Assembly: GCA_040905865.1 (NCBI GenBank)
Contig: JBBDQU010000040.1
Location: forward strand, 6,534 to 70,533
Length of the DNA: 64,000 nt
DNA from: Alphaproteobacteria bacterium
GTDB lineage: Bacteria > Pseudomonadota > Alphaproteobacteria > UBA8366 > GCA-2717185
Direction: 5' to 3'
Below the pieces are notes generated by a model. It had not been told where the DNA came from, searched no databases, and saw only the letters and a list, made by a program, of their open reading frames with translations. Made by a program: the position numbers and the translations under genes. Positions 30,914 to 40,917 of this stretch are shown here, in pieces (the stretch's first letter is position 1; each line of letters starts with the position of its first letter).

Positions 30914-32245
30914 CTATTCTTCGACCGTTTCCCAATCGACTGCCGGTTCGCGCTTTTCCTGCAGGCTGCGATAGGGAAGGCCATAGGTCATTCCGGTATC
31001 GCCCGTCCGGCGCTTGAACTGTATGGTGCGGATGAATTCGCGGATCCGCGGCTGGATTTCGGTCTTCCAGCGACGGCCGTTGAACACCCCGTAATGGCCG
31101 ACGCCCGGCTGGACATAGTGGTATTTTTCATCGACCGGCACATTGACGCAAAGATCCAGCGCCGCTTCGGTCTGGCCGAGGCCGCAGATATCGTCCTTTT
31201 CGCCTTCCACGGTCATGATTGCCGTGCGCCGGATCGCGCTACAATCCACCGGTTCGCCCCGATGTGTCATCCAGCCATCGGGCAGCGAATGATCCTGGAA
31301 CGCCGTCTTGACCGTCTGCAGGTAGAATTCCGCCGGCAGGTCCATGACGGACATGTATTCCTCGTAGAAATCCTGGTGCTGCTTCACCGAATCCGCATCG
31401 CCCTCGACCAGATGTTCGAACAGCTTGCGATGCGCCGTCATGTGCCGTTCCAGGTTCATGGTCATGAAACCCGTCAATTGCATGAAACCGGGGTACACGC
31501 GCCGCATCGCTCCCGCATTGGGGAACGGCACCTGGGAGATCACCGTACGCTCGAACCACTCGATGGACCGGCTTTCCGCCAGTTCGTTGACGACGGTGGG
31601 GTTGCGCCGCGTATCGATCGGGCCGCCCATCAGCGTCAGCGAGGCGGGCTGGATCGTCTCGTCGCGCGCGGCCATCAGGGCGGTCGCCGCCAGCACCGGA
31701 ACGGCCGGCTGACAGACCGCGATCACATGGGTGTTGGGCCCGAGAAACTGTACAAATTCAATAATGTAATCTATGAAGTCATCCAGGTCGAAACGCCCGG
31801 CAACAACCGGAACGTAGCGGGAATCGACCCAGTCCGTAATATATACCTCGTGTTCCGGCAGCATGGCTTCGACTGTGCCGCGCAGCAGCGTCGCATAGTG
31901 ACCCGACATCGGCGCAACCATCAGCACCTTGGGATCGTAACGCTGCCCCGTTACCGCCTCATCGCGAGCGAAATGCAGCAGCTTGCAGAATGTCTTGTTG
32001 AGAACGATCTCTTCCTTCACCGGGACCGGCATGCCATGGATTTTGGTTTCATGCAGGCCGAATTCGGGTTTTCCGTAGCGACGCGTCAGGTTCTCGAACA
32101 CTTCCAGTCCGGCGGACAGGTTCCGGCCGACCGATGATTTACCAAAGCAGTTGAAGGGCAGGTCGAGCTGGAACTTCAGCCCCTTCGCACCCCATCGCCA
32201 GGGTGTCATCAACGTGTGCGCCAGTTCATGCATATGATAGTTCAT
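30914..32245 (-). CDS. phaZ: Intracellular polyhydroxyalkanoate depolymerase
   Basis: YGKPEFG, APMSGHYATLLR, AVCQP (catalytic Cys), GGPIDTR, EGEKDDI, GHYGVFNG. Confidence 0.95.
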   Translation of the reverse strand: MNYHMHELAHTLMTPWRWGAKGLKFQLDLPFNCFGKSSVGRNLSAGLEVFENLTRRYGKPEFGLHETKIHGMPVPVKEEIVLNKTFCKLLHFARDEAVTGQRYDPKVLMVAPMSGHYATLLRGTVEAMLPEHEVYITDWVDSRYVPVVAGRFDLDDFIDYIIEFVQFLGPNTHVIAVCQPAVPVLAATALMAARDETIQPASLTLMGGPIDTRRNPTVVNELAESRSIEWFERTVISQVPFPNAGAMRRVYPGFMQLTGFMTMNLERHMTAHRKLFEHLVEGDADSVKQHQDFYEEYMSVMDLPAEFYLQTVKTAFQDHSLPDGWMTHRGEPVDCSAIRRTAIMTVEGEKDDICGLGQTEAALDLCVNVPVDEKYHYVQPGVGHYGVFNGRRWKTEIQPRIREFIRTIQFKRRTGDTGMTYGLPYRSLQEKREPAVDWETVEE

Positions 32246-32250
32246 TCATT

Positions 32251-32319
32251 TGCCTCGCAATATAATTGTGGCAAGCAGCAAGCGTTGCTGCACTGCAATA
32301 CTATGCAATTTGCGCTGCA
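32251..32319. promoter_or_regulatory. Three PhaR-like TGC-N3-GCA boxes upstream of phaZ
   Basis: TGCCTCGCA 32251-32259, TGCACTGCA 32289-32297, TGCGCTGCA 32311-32319. Confidence 0.65.
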
Positions 32320-32435
32320 GCATGGCAATGGCTCCCCGGCTTTTTGCCGTATTGATCATAGGTAGAAATACTTTCCGGAACATTTAGGAAATCAATAAAC
32401 GCTTCGGGCAGGCGCCCATTACATCCGGCGATGCA

Positions 32436-34232
32436 TCAGATGGTTTCATTCAGGTCGTCGAGCATGCGGCCGATCTGCTCGGTGTCGGACTGCTCCATGA
32501 TCGCCCTGGCATGCAGCGTCGTCGATGCGATATCGAGCGCCCGCACCCGCTGTTTGACGCGGGGCAGGCTCGGCGCCGCCATCGACAGTTCGCGCACGCC
32601 AAGTCCGAGCAGCAGCGCGGTATAGCGGGGATCGCCCGCCACCTCGCCACAGATGCTGACCGGGATTCGCGCGCGCAGGGCGGAATCGACCGTCGACTGA
32701 ATCAGCCGAAGTACAGCGGGATGCAGGGGGTTGTACAGATAGGCGACGCGTTCATCGGCGCGGTCGATGGCCAGCGTATACATGGTCAGGTCATTGGTGC
32801 CGATAGCGAAGAAATCCGCCACCTGCGCCAGAATATCGGCGATCAGCGCCGCTCCGGGCACTTCGATCATCACCCCTACCGGCGGCAGCGGTTCGGCGAT
32901 CGGAATACCGCGGCGCTTCAACCGGTGCACGGCCGCCGCCAGAACCGCCTGCACCTGCAACACCTCGTCCACCGTCGCCACCATCGGCAAAAGGATACGC
33001 ACCGGACCGTGCGCCCCGGCCCGCAGGATCGCCGACAACTGGTCCGACAGCATCTTCGGCTCCCGAAGCGACAGGCGAATCGCCCGCAAACCGAGCGCCG
33101 GATTGACCGAATCGTGCAGGTCGCTGCCCACCGAATAGGCCAGCTTGTCGCTGCCGACATCAAGCGTCCGGACGGTTACCGTGCGGCCCTCCATCCCCTC
33201 GACGATGGCGCGCAGGCTCTCGTACTGTTCGTCTTCGTTCGGCGGGCGGTCGCGATTCATGAACAGGAATTCGGTGCGCAGCAATCCGATACCCGCGGCG
33301 CCATGACGTTGCGCCAGCATCAGTTCATGCGGCAGTTCGTAATTCGCGCAGAGCTGAATTTCCGCCTTGTCCCGCGTTATGGCGCGCCGGTCGCGCAGTC
33401 TGGCGAATCGCCGCGATTCACGCCGGAACGACGTCCGCTTCGCCTCATAGGCCGCCAGTGTTTCCGGCGTGGGATCGATAACGATCCGTCCACCGCTGCC
33501 ATCGACGATCACGGTCAATGCCCCGCGCGCCCCGGGCGACAGCCGCGACATGTCCAGTCCGGTGACCCCCAGTACCGCGGGAATCCCCAGCGACCGCGCG
33601 ACAATCGCCGTATGCCCTTCGGGTCCGCCCAGAATGGTGCCGAAGCCGCCGATCAAGGCTGGATTCAACAGTGCCGTCTCGGCCGGGCTGAGATCTTCCG
33701 CCAGGATGATGCAGCCGCGCGGCAGGGTCGAATAGGCCGGCAGGGGAGTCTTGGTCAGATTGCGGATCAGCCGGGCGCCGGCCTCCCGGATGTCGTCCGC
33801 CCGGGCCGCCATATAGGGGTCGTCCAGTTCGGCAAAATTTCGCGCGATCTTCGAGATTTCCGCCCGCACCGCCGCTTCCGCGTTGATCCGCGTTTCCTCG
33901 ATCCGCTGCTCCACACCCCGCACCAGCCGCGACCCGGTCAGCATCCTTGTATAGGCCTCCAGCAGGCTGGACAGTTCTTCGCCCGCGGCGCCCGCGTGCA
34001 TCGTACGAGCCCGGTGGCCCAGCCGTCGCAACTGCCGGCGCGACAGTTCCAGCGCCGTCCGGAACCGCGCCTGTTCCGCCGGGATTTCCGACTTGCGCAC
34101 GGTGAATTCGGGGACAGTCGGCGCACCGACCTCGCTGAGATGCGCCGGCCCGATGGCGATGCCGGGCGAAACGCCCAGGCCTTCGAAGATTCGTTCCCGC
34201 GCCTGCGCAGGTTTGTCCGGTTCAGCTTTCAT
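32436..34232 (-). CDS. ptsI: PEP-protein phosphotransferase (PTS enzyme I, no GAF domain)
   Basis: GHTAIVAR phospho-His, GLLRTEF, RTLDVGSDK, NPALGLRAIR, IGTNDL, CGE. Confidence 0.93.
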   Translation of the reverse strand: MKAEPDKPAQARERIFEGLGVSPGIAIGPAHLSEVGAPTVPEFTVRKSEIPAEQARFRTALELSRRQLRRLGHRARTMHAGAAGEELSSLLEAYTRMLTGSRLVRGVEQRIEETRINAEAAVRAEISKIARNFAELDDPYMAARADDIREAGARLIRNLTKTPLPAYSTLPRGCIILAEDLSPAETALLNPALIGGFGTILGGPEGHTAIVARSLGIPAVLGVTGLDMSRLSPGARGALTVIVDGSGGRIVIDPTPETLAAYEAKRTSFRRESRRFARLRDRRAITRDKAEIQLCANYELPHELMLAQRHGAAGIGLLRTEFLFMNRDRPPNEDEQYESLRAIVEGMEGRTVTVRTLDVGSDKLAYSVGSDLHDSVNPALGLRAIRLSLREPKMLSDQLSAILRAGAHGPVRILLPMVATVDEVLQVQAVLAAAVHRLKRRGIPIAEPLPPVGVMIEVPGAALIADILAQVADFFAIGTNDLTMYTLAIDRADERVAYLYNPLHPAVLRLIQSTVDSALRARIPVSICGEVAGDPRYTALLLGLGVRELSMAAPSLPRVKQRVRALDIASTTLHARAIMEQSDTEQIGRMLDDLNETI

Positions 34233-34485
34233 CGAATCCGTTTTCCACCAGCGCCGCCAGCGCCGTTAGCGCCGCATCGGCTTCCGCGCCGACGGCCGAG
34301 ACGTCTATGCAGGTTCCGGTCGACGCTCCCAGCGTCATCAGACCGAGGATCGAATCGCCTGATACGGTTGTGCCGTCCTTTGTGACCTCGATTATCGCGT
34401 CGAACTGTTCGGTCACCTTCACGAAACGGGCGGAAGCGCGCGCATGTAGCCCCTTTTCATTGACGATTCGCATCTGGCGCATCAT
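34222..34485 (-). CDS. HPr/NPr family phosphocarrier protein
   Basis: NEKGLHARAS (His15) and DSILGLMTL (regulatory Ser). Confidence 0.95.
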   Translation of the reverse strand: MMRQMRIVNEKGLHARASARFVKVTEQFDAIIEVTKDGTTVSGDSILGLMTLGASTGTCIDVSAVGAEADAALTALAALVENGFDES

Positions 34486-34498
34486 CGGACGCAGCGCC

Positions 34499-34909
34499 CT
34501 AGCCGGTCCGGGTCGCGAGCAGACTGGACGCGATGTTGATGTTGTTGCGGCCGGCTTCCTGCGCCGCCTCGGCCGCTTCGAGCAGGGATTTGGTGCCGCG
34601 CACCTTGTGCAGCCGGATCAGCATCGGAAGGTTGACGCCGGCGATGACCTCGACATTGGCGGCTTCCAGAATGGAGATCGCCAGGTTGGAAGGCGTGCCG
34701 CCAAACATATCGGTCAGGACAACCACCCCGTCGCCGTCATCGACCTCCCTGACCTTTTCCAGCAATTCATATCGCCGCTGCTCCATGTCGTCTTCGGGGC
34801 CGATCGGCACGACCGCGACGTTTCCGACCTTGTCCTCGACGATATGTTCCAGCGCGGCGACAAATTCCGCCGCCAGGCCCCCATGCGTGACCAGCACCAT
34901 CCCGATCAT
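34499..34909 (-). CDS. PTS EIIA, mannose/fructose type
   Basis: VLVTHG, LTDMFGGTPSN, GVNLPML. Confidence 0.95.
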   Translation of the reverse strand: MIGMVLVTHGGLAAEFVAALEHIVEDKVGNVAVVPIGPEDDMEQRRYELLEKVREVDDGDGVVVLTDMFGGTPSNLAISILEAANVEVIAGVNLPMLIRLHKVRGTKSLLEAAEAAQEAGRNNINIASSLLATRTG

Positions 34910-34916
34910 ATCTTCC

Positions 34917-35798
34917 TCACAACATGTTTCCGCCGCCACCGCTCGCCATGTCGCGGTGATGGATGTAAACGACGCGTCCCTGATTTTCGAGCCATTCGAC
35001 GAGCCGCCTGGCGATGTAGACTGACCGGTGCCGGCCGCCCGTGCAACCGATCGCGATTGTCAGGTAACTCTTTCCCTCCGCTTCAAAGCGCGGTAGCAGG
35101 ATCGTCATCATGACGGTAAGCGAATCGAGAAACGCCGGAAATACCGCATCGGCGGCAATATAGGTGCCGACCTCGACATCCTCGCCGGTCAACGGCCGCA
35201 GCGCGTCGACGTAATGGGGATTCGCGAGGAACCGGGCGTCGAATACCAGGTCGGCTTCGCGCGGCAGGCCCTGCCGATAGGAAAATGACGTCACGTTGAT
35301 GGTCAGGCCGGACTTGTCCTCGAAACCGAACCGCTCCGAAACCTGTTCCTTCAGGTCCCACAATGTCTTGTTCGATGTATCGATAACCGCATCGGCGCGT
35401 TCCCGCAGCCGCGCCAGAAACCGCCGTTCCAGCCTGATACCGTCGGGTACCGGGCGATCCAGCGCCAGCGGATGGCGGCGCCGTGTTTCCGTATAGCGAC
35501 GCTGCAGAATTTCATCGTCGCAATCCAGGAACAGCACGCGGACGACCAGTTCGTCATGATCGATCATGCGGTCCAGTTCGGCAATAAAGGGATCGACGCT
35601 GAAATCACGCGTCCGGATGTCGACGCCGATTGCCAGCGGGCGGACCATGCTGCGGCCGGTTCGCGGCTGCACCAGACTGCCGAGCAGCGACAGGGGCAGG
35701 TTATCGACCGCTTCGTAGCCGAGATCTTCCAGGACCTTGAGGGCAGTCGACCGGCCCGCGCCGGACATCCCTGTCACCAGAACAACGGTCTGCTTCAT
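34917..35798 (-). CDS. rapZ: RNase adapter RapZ-family P-loop protein
   Basis: TGMSGAGRS, DNLP, ETRRRHPL, DARFLANP, IGCTGGRHRSV. Confidence 0.95.
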   Translation of the reverse strand: MKQTVVLVTGMSGAGRSTALKVLEDLGYEAVDNLPLSLLGSLVQPRTGRSMVRPLAIGVDIRTRDFSVDPFIAELDRMIDHDELVVRVLFLDCDDEILQRRYTETRRRHPLALDRPVPDGIRLERRFLARLRERADAVIDTSNKTLWDLKEQVSERFGFEDKSGLTINVTSFSYRQGLPREADLVFDARFLANPHYVDALRPLTGEDVEVGTYIAADAVFPAFLDSLTVMMTILLPRFEAEGKSYLTIAIGCTGGRHRSVYIARRLVEWLENQGRVVYIHHRDMASGGGGNML

Positions 35799-35867
35799 TG
35801 GTTTCCTATCCACCGGACAACTCCCACGCTGGGCCGGATCGGGATTGCTGCACCGCAGAAAACTCGC

Positions 35868-36293
35868 TCACCGCTCTATATCCCCCGCTTTGGCCCCGAC
35901 GGCAAGCCGGATTTTCGCGGGCGCGGATGCCTCAAACGGCGAGATGCGGAGCAACGGAAGGCCGAGACCCAGAATATTTGCCGATTCCGGCGACGGCAAC
36001 CGCTCGATTTCACCCGCCGATATATCGACGACCAGCGCGAGCAACACCTGCTCCCGGGCCGCCAGACGGACGATACCGAGCCCGCGTATTTCGATTTTCC
36101 CGAAAATGGACGGCGGCGACGACGCGATGATGCCCTCGGCGGTCCGGGTCAGGATCGTGCGGTCGTCGGACACCAGTTCGGCCCCGCCGTCGATCAGCCG
36201 CAGCGCCAGGTCCGATTTGCCGCCGCCTGACGGTCCGCGCAACAGCACGCCCCGGCCGCCGATCGCCACCGTGGTGCCGTGCAGTGTTTCCAT
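35868..36293 (-). CDS. hprK: HPr kinase/phosphorylase (short alphaproteobacterial form)
   Basis: LHGTTV, GPSGGGKSDLAL, VSDD, IEIRGLGI. Confidence 0.92.
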   Translation of the reverse strand: METLHGTTVAIGGRGVLLRGPSGGGKSDLALRLIDGGAELVSDDRTILTRTAEGIIASSPPSIFGKIEIRGLGIVRLAAREQVLLALVVDISAGEIERLPSPESANILGLGLPLLRISPFEASAPAKIRLAVGAKAGDIER

Positions 36294-36297
36294 GGAG

Positions 36298-37455
36298 TCA
36301 GCCTCCGGTATCCCCGAGGCCGGGCCAGGGCGTGAAATGCTTGCCGAGTTGCAACCCCTGGCGCTGGTAGGACGAGCCGATCCCCTGTCCGTACACCCGG
36401 TCCGGCGGTTCGGTGAGGCGTTCATAAACCAGGCGCCCCATGATCTGGCCGTGCTCGATCATGAAGGGAACATCGTGCGAGCGGACTTCGAGCACCGCAC
36501 GGCTGCCCCCGCCGCCGCTGCCGGCATCGCCGAAACCGGGATCGAAAAACCCGGCGTAATGGACCCGGAATTCGCCGACCAGCGTGTCGTAGGCGACCAT
36601 TTCGGCGGCGTGGTCTGGCGGCACGGTCACTGCTTCCCGCGACGCCAGGATGTAGAAGTCGTCCGGGTTGAGAACGATGGCCGGCAGGCGGTTGCGATGG
36701 ATCGGCTCCCAGAATTCGATCGGGTCATAGCCGCCCTTGTTGTCAACGTCGATCAGCCGCGTGTTCTTGCGCGCCCGGAACCCGATCAGGCCCGTTTTCG
36801 GGTCGCCCTGCAGGTCGACCGTGAAGGGAATACCGTCCTTCATGTTCCCTGGCTGCGGATCGGAATCGATCAGGCCGACTTTGCGGTTGAGTTGCCGCAT
36901 CGCCCGGTCGCTGTAGGAAAACTGTCCGGCCTTCAGCCGCAACTGGTTCAGCCGCGCCCCCGCCCGCACCACGATGCTGAAGGTGCGCGGCGAGATTTCG
37001 GCGTAGAGCGGCCCGTCATAGCCGCCCCGGACCCGGTCGAATTCCACGCCGCGGTCGGTAATGAGCCGGGTGAAGATATCCAGCCGCCCCGTGGAGCTTT
37101 TCGGATTGGCAATCGCCGACAACCCGCGCTCCAGCCGCAGCGATTCACGCAGCGGCACGATATAGACGCAGCCGCATTCCAGCACCGCGCCGTCGGTGAT
37201 ATCGAATGCATGCAGCCCGAACTGCGCCAGCTTTTCCGCCACCGTGGCCGGCCCCGGCAGGAAACTGGCCTGCACCCGGTGCGCCACCGCACCAAGGCGC
37301 AAATCGATGCTGGCCGGCTGGACCTGGTCTTCGTCGATGGGCGTGTCGGCAGTAATGACGCCGCCGTCGATCAGCGCCCGGATCGCCTGCGATGGCAGCA
37401 CGCCCGTTGCATGCCGCGCCGCAGCCGCGGGCGTATCCATTGTCTGTTCAACCAT
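36298..37455 (-). CDS. dcd: 2'-deoxycytidine 5'-triphosphate deaminase (DCD family, long form)
   Basis: QPASIDLRLG, NPKSSTGRLDIF, YAEISPRTF, RVHYAGFFDPGFG, YQRQGLQLGKHF. Confidence 0.92.
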   Translation of the reverse strand: MVEQTMDTPAAAARHATGVLPSQAIRALIDGGVITADTPIDEDQVQPASIDLRLGAVAHRVQASFLPGPATVAEKLAQFGLHAFDITDGAVLECGCVYIVPLRESLRLERGLSAIANPKSSTGRLDIFTRLITDRGVEFDRVRGGYDGPLYAEISPRTFSIVVRAGARLNQLRLKAGQFSYSDRAMRQLNRKVGLIDSDPQPGNMKDGIPFTVDLQGDPKTGLIGFRARKNTRLIDVDNKGGYDPIEFWEPIHRNRLPAIVLNPDDFYILASREAVTVPPDHAAEMVAYDTLVGEFRVHYAGFFDPGFGDAGSGGGGSRAVLEVRSHDVPFMIEHGQIMGRLVYERLTEPPDRVYGQGIGSSYQRQGLQLGKHFTPWPGLGDTGG

Positions 37456-37508
37456 ACCGGCGCCGCTCCCATGATTCCGACCGCCCCAAGCCTAACAGAA
37501 TATCCGGC

Positions 37509-37654
37509 ATAGGGCACATGCGGTTTAGGAAGCCACAAATGGCTGTTAGCAGGCTGGTGAACAAGACGGGCGCCATATCTTCAACAAGATAGATCGGATT
37601 CACGTGCTTGTTGGATCGCCAGAGGCGATTCCGGTCAAGCACGGTCCGACCTAG
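37509..37654 (-). repeat. Two-hairpin interspersed repeat, copy B (second hairpin decayed)
   Basis: Minus strand CTAGGTCGGACCGTGCTTGACCGGAATCGCCTCTGGCGATCCAACAAGCACGTGAATCCGATCTATCTTGTTGAAGATATGGCGCC aligns with 60319-60405. Begins on the chvG TAG stop. Confidence 0.85.
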
Positions 37655-39291
37655 TCGACCGGCAGGCAGACCGTGAAATGCGCGCCGATTATTTTGCCGG
37701 CGTCGTCCCGGCGGTTCTCCGCACGGATCGTGCCGCCATGCGCCTCTACGATCTGCCGGGAAATCGACAGGCCGAGACCGGAATGGGTGCCGAATTTCTC
37801 GGCCGCCGGCCGCTCCGAGTAAAACCGGTCGAAAACCGCTTCCAGCTTGCCGTCCGGTATGCCCGGCCCATCATCGGAAACGCTGACCGTGACATCGCCG
37901 CCCCGTCGGGCCACCCGGATTCGAATGGTCCCGCCAGGCGGGCTGAAACTGCGCGCATTGTCGATCAGGTTGGTGAAAACCTGGGCCAGCCGGCTTTCGA
38001 TTCCCGGCACCGTTATATTTTCGCTTTCGGACTTTTCGATGACATAGCGGGGGGCGCCGTCTCCGCCCACGGTCTCGCGGATGTTCACCAGGGACTGCAG
38101 CATTCTGCCGATATCGACCGGTTCGCGGTTCTCCCGGCCCAGTTCCGCATCCAGCCGGGAATAATCGGAAATATCCGTGATCAGTCGGTCCAGCCGCTGC
38201 ACGTCATCCAGGATGATCGCCATCAGTTTCTGCTGCTGGACCGGGTCCTTCAGCCGCGCCGCGGTTTCCACCGCGCTGCGCAGCGACGTCAGCGGATTCT
38301 TGATTTCATGGCTGACATCGGCGGCAAAGCGGCCGATCGCGTCCATCCGTTTGTACAGCGCGTCCGTCATGTCCCGCAGCGCCACCGACAGGTCGCCGAT
38401 TTCGTCGCCGCGCCGCGCCATGTCCGGTATCTGCATATCCGGACCGCCAAGCCCGTGCCGAACGCGGATCGCGGCTTCCGCCAGCCTGTGGACGGGGCGG
38501 GCAATCGTCCCTGCAAGGTAGAGCGACAGCAGGACCGTGACGACCAGCGCGCCGGCAAACACCTGCAGCACCACAATCCGCACGGCGCGCACCGATTGCT
38601 GAATTTCCGGGCCGGCCCTGGACAGCAGGACCACGCCGATAACCTGCCGGTATTGCTGTACGGGCATGGCGACGGAAAGCACGTAGCCGCCCTCTCCGTC
38701 CTGCCGGGCAACGCTGACGGATTCGCCGCCGAGCGCGCGGCTGGCCTCCGGGTAATCGGCGATGCTCTGCTGCGGGGCTTCCTGATAGAGGTCCAGGTCG
38801 GTGCGGGTCTGAAGCGCATCGAACAGGCGCTCGAAGAACTGCATCGCCCGGTCCAAGAAGGAGATGTCGTCCGGCGGCGGCGGCAGGGAGCGGATGCGCA
38901 CCAGCCGCCCCTTGCCGCCGAGCCGCCGGCTGTCCGCCACCAGACTCCCGTCCGTCATGAACAGCCGCGCGCGGGTGGTCCGCTCGCTGGTCAGCCGGCG
39001 GATCATGTCGCGCGCCTGGATCGGGTCGAGCACCTGGCGTCCGGTCGGATCGATATGGGTGGCGCCTTCGCCCAGCGCGCCGGCAAATATGTCCGTGTGG
39101 GTCTTGAGGGAATCCAGCTCTGCCTCAATCAACCGGTCGCGATAGGTGCCGAGATAAAGCAGGCCGACAACCGGAATTGCCAGCGCCAGCACATTGACCG
39201 CCAATATGCGCCGCGTCAACGGCGACAGGATACGGCGCCGCCGCCGCGGGAAGGGGCTGGCTTCCGACCCGCCCGCCTCCTTAGCCGCCAT
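37651..39291 (-). CDS. chvG: Sensor histidine kinase ChvG/ExoS
   Basis: SPLTRRILAVN, two TMs, HAMP, FAADVSHEIKNPLTSLRSAVETA, FYSERP...FGTHSGLGL. Confidence 0.95.
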   Translation of the reverse strand: MAAKEAGGSEASPFPRRRRRILSPLTRRILAVNVLALAIPVVGLLYLGTYRDRLIEAELDSLKTHTDIFAGALGEGATHIDPTGRQVLDPIQARDMIRRLTSERTTRARLFMTDGSLVADSRRLGGKGRLVRIRSLPPPPDDISFLDRAMQFFERLFDALQTRTDLDLYQEAPQQSIADYPEASRALGGESVSVARQDGEGGYVLSVAMPVQQYRQVIGVVLLSRAGPEIQQSVRAVRIVVLQVFAGALVVTVLLSLYLAGTIARPVHRLAEAAIRVRHGLGGPDMQIPDMARRGDEIGDLSVALRDMTDALYKRMDAIGRFAADVSHEIKNPLTSLRSAVETAARLKDPVQQQKLMAIILDDVQRLDRLITDISDYSRLDAELGRENREPVDIGRMLQSLVNIRETVGGDGAPRYVIEKSESENITVPGIESRLAQVFTNLIDNARSFSPPGGTIRIRVARRGGDVTVSVSDDGPGIPDGKLEAVFDRFYSERPAAEKFGTHSGLGLSISRQIVEAHGGTIRAENRRDDAGKIIGAHFTVCLPVD

Positions 39292-39317
39292 GGCGCACAT
39301 TAGCGCGAAAACGGGTA

Positions 39318-40016
39318 CTAGCTGTCATTGTACCGGTAGCCGACGCCGTAAAGGGTTTCAATTTCCGAGAATTCGTCGTCGGTGTCGCGGAACTTCTTGC
39401 GCAGGCGCTTGATGTGGCTGTCGATGGTGCGGTCATCGACGTAGATGCTTTCGCCATAGGCCGCATCCATCAGCTGATCGCGGCTTTTGACATGGCCCGG
39501 ATACTGCGCCAGCGCGCGCAGCAGCAGAAACTCGGTGACGGTCAACTGCACCGGCATTCCTTTCCAGGTGCACTGGTGGCGCTCCGGGTCGAGTACCAGT
39601 TCGCCGCGCACCAGCGTCGCTTCGCCGCGCACGTGATCCGGATCCTTCAGGGCATCCGCGCGACGCAGCAGCGTGCGGATCCGTTCGATCAGCAGGCGCT
39701 GGGAAAACGGCTTCTTGATGTAGTCGTCCGCGCCCATACGCAAACCCAGCACCTCGTCGACCTCGTCGTCTTTCGAGGTCAGAAAAATGACAGGAACGCG
39801 ACTGGTCCTGCGCAGGTTCTGCAGCAGCTCCATACCGTCCATCCGCGGCATCTTGATGTCGAGGATCGCCAGATCCACCGGCTGCTGACTGATGCCGCGA
39901 TAAGCCTCTTCCCCGTCGCTATAGGCACGGACCTGATAGCCTTCGGCTTCCAGGGTCATGGCGACGGAGGTTAGAATATTGCGGTCGTCGTCCACGAGCG
40001 CGATCGTCCTGTGCAT
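39318..40016 (-). CDS. chvI: Response regulator ChvI (OmpR family)
   Basis: [48 protein letters not shown]. Confidence 0.97.
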   Translation of the reverse strand: MHRTIALVDDDRNILTSVAMTLEAEGYQVRAYSDGEEAYRGISQQPVDLAILDIKMPRMDGMELLQNLRRTSRVPVIFLTSKDDEVDEVLGLRMGADDYIKKPFSQRLLIERIRTLLRRADALKDPDHVRGEATLVRGELVLDPERHQCTWKGMPVQLTVTEFLLLRALAQYPGHVKSRDQLMDAAYGESIYVDDRTIDSHIKRLRKKFRDTDDEFSEIETLYGVGYRYNDS

Positions 40017-40265
40017 TGGAGACTCCCCTTTTTTTTACCGAAGACCCCTGTACAGATCAGGATCTCAATTCCACCGATGCCAGCGTGCGGTCGCGATGTG
40101 GCGGGAATATGGCGAGCAAGCGGCCGGCTCACGACATTGCCGCCATTGGCGGGCCAATCGGCGGCGAATCGATATATCGTGCGGCGAAATGCCCACTCGC
40201 AACGCGTCTCACGCCCCCTATATCTACGATTCCAAGGCAATAAATCAAATGGTTTTCCACTGACG

Positions 40266-40898
40266 ATGGCTTCCAGACCTTCCTATCCGCTGATTGCCGT
40301 GCTGCTTGCGGCGCTGGCCGCCATCGGGCTGATCACCTGGGTGGCGTGGACCCTCACGCGTCCGGCGCCCCGGGTCCAGGTTGGCGATGTCCGGACCGTC
40401 GCCGTCGCCCCCACGGTAAAGATCGGCGGCCCCTTCACGCTGGTCGACCAGACCGGCAAAACCGTCAGCGACACAACCTGGCGCGGCAAGCTGATGCTGA
40501 TCTATTTCGGCTACGGCTTCTGCCCCGATGTATGCCCGACCGAGTTGCAGATCATGTCCGGCGCGCTCGATGCGCTGGGTAACGACGCCGCGCGCGTGCA
40601 GCCGATTTTCATCACCGTCGATCCGGAGCGCGACACGGTCGATTTCATGGCCGATTACGTCTCCCATTTCCACCCGGACATGGTCGGTCTGACCGGAACG
40701 GAGGCGGCGGTCAACGAGGCCGCAAAGGCTTTTCGCGTATATCACAGGAAGGCCGTGGACGATTCGGCGACCGACTACCTGGTCGATCATTCCTCTTTCG
40801 TCTACCTGATGGGGCCAGACGGCGATTTCCTGACCATGTTCAACGCCGGCACCGACCCGCGCACCATGGCGCAGACGATCCAGTCCTATCTGAAATAA
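40266..40898 (+). CDS. SCO1/SenC family copper chaperone
   Basis: N-terminal TM, IGGPFTL, FCPDVCP, VDPERD, YLVDHS. Confidence 0.95.
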   Translation: MASRPSYPLIAVLLAALAAIGLITWVAWTLTRPAPRVQVGDVRTVAVAPTVKIGGPFTLVDQTGKTVSDTTWRGKLMLIYFGYGFCPDVCPTELQIMSGALDALGNDAARVQPIFITVDPERDTVDFMADYVSHFHPDMVGLTGTEAAVNEAAKAFRVYHRKAVDDSATDYLVDHSSFVYLMGPDGDFLTMFNAGTDPRTMAQTIQSYLK

Positions 40899-40917
40899 CC
40901 CCGGCCGCGCCGGCGTG

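Noticed and set aside
37448..37642. 64-aa ORF between chvG and dcd
   Set aside because: It coincides with the hairpin repeat copy B, where covariation indicates structural rather than coding constraint.
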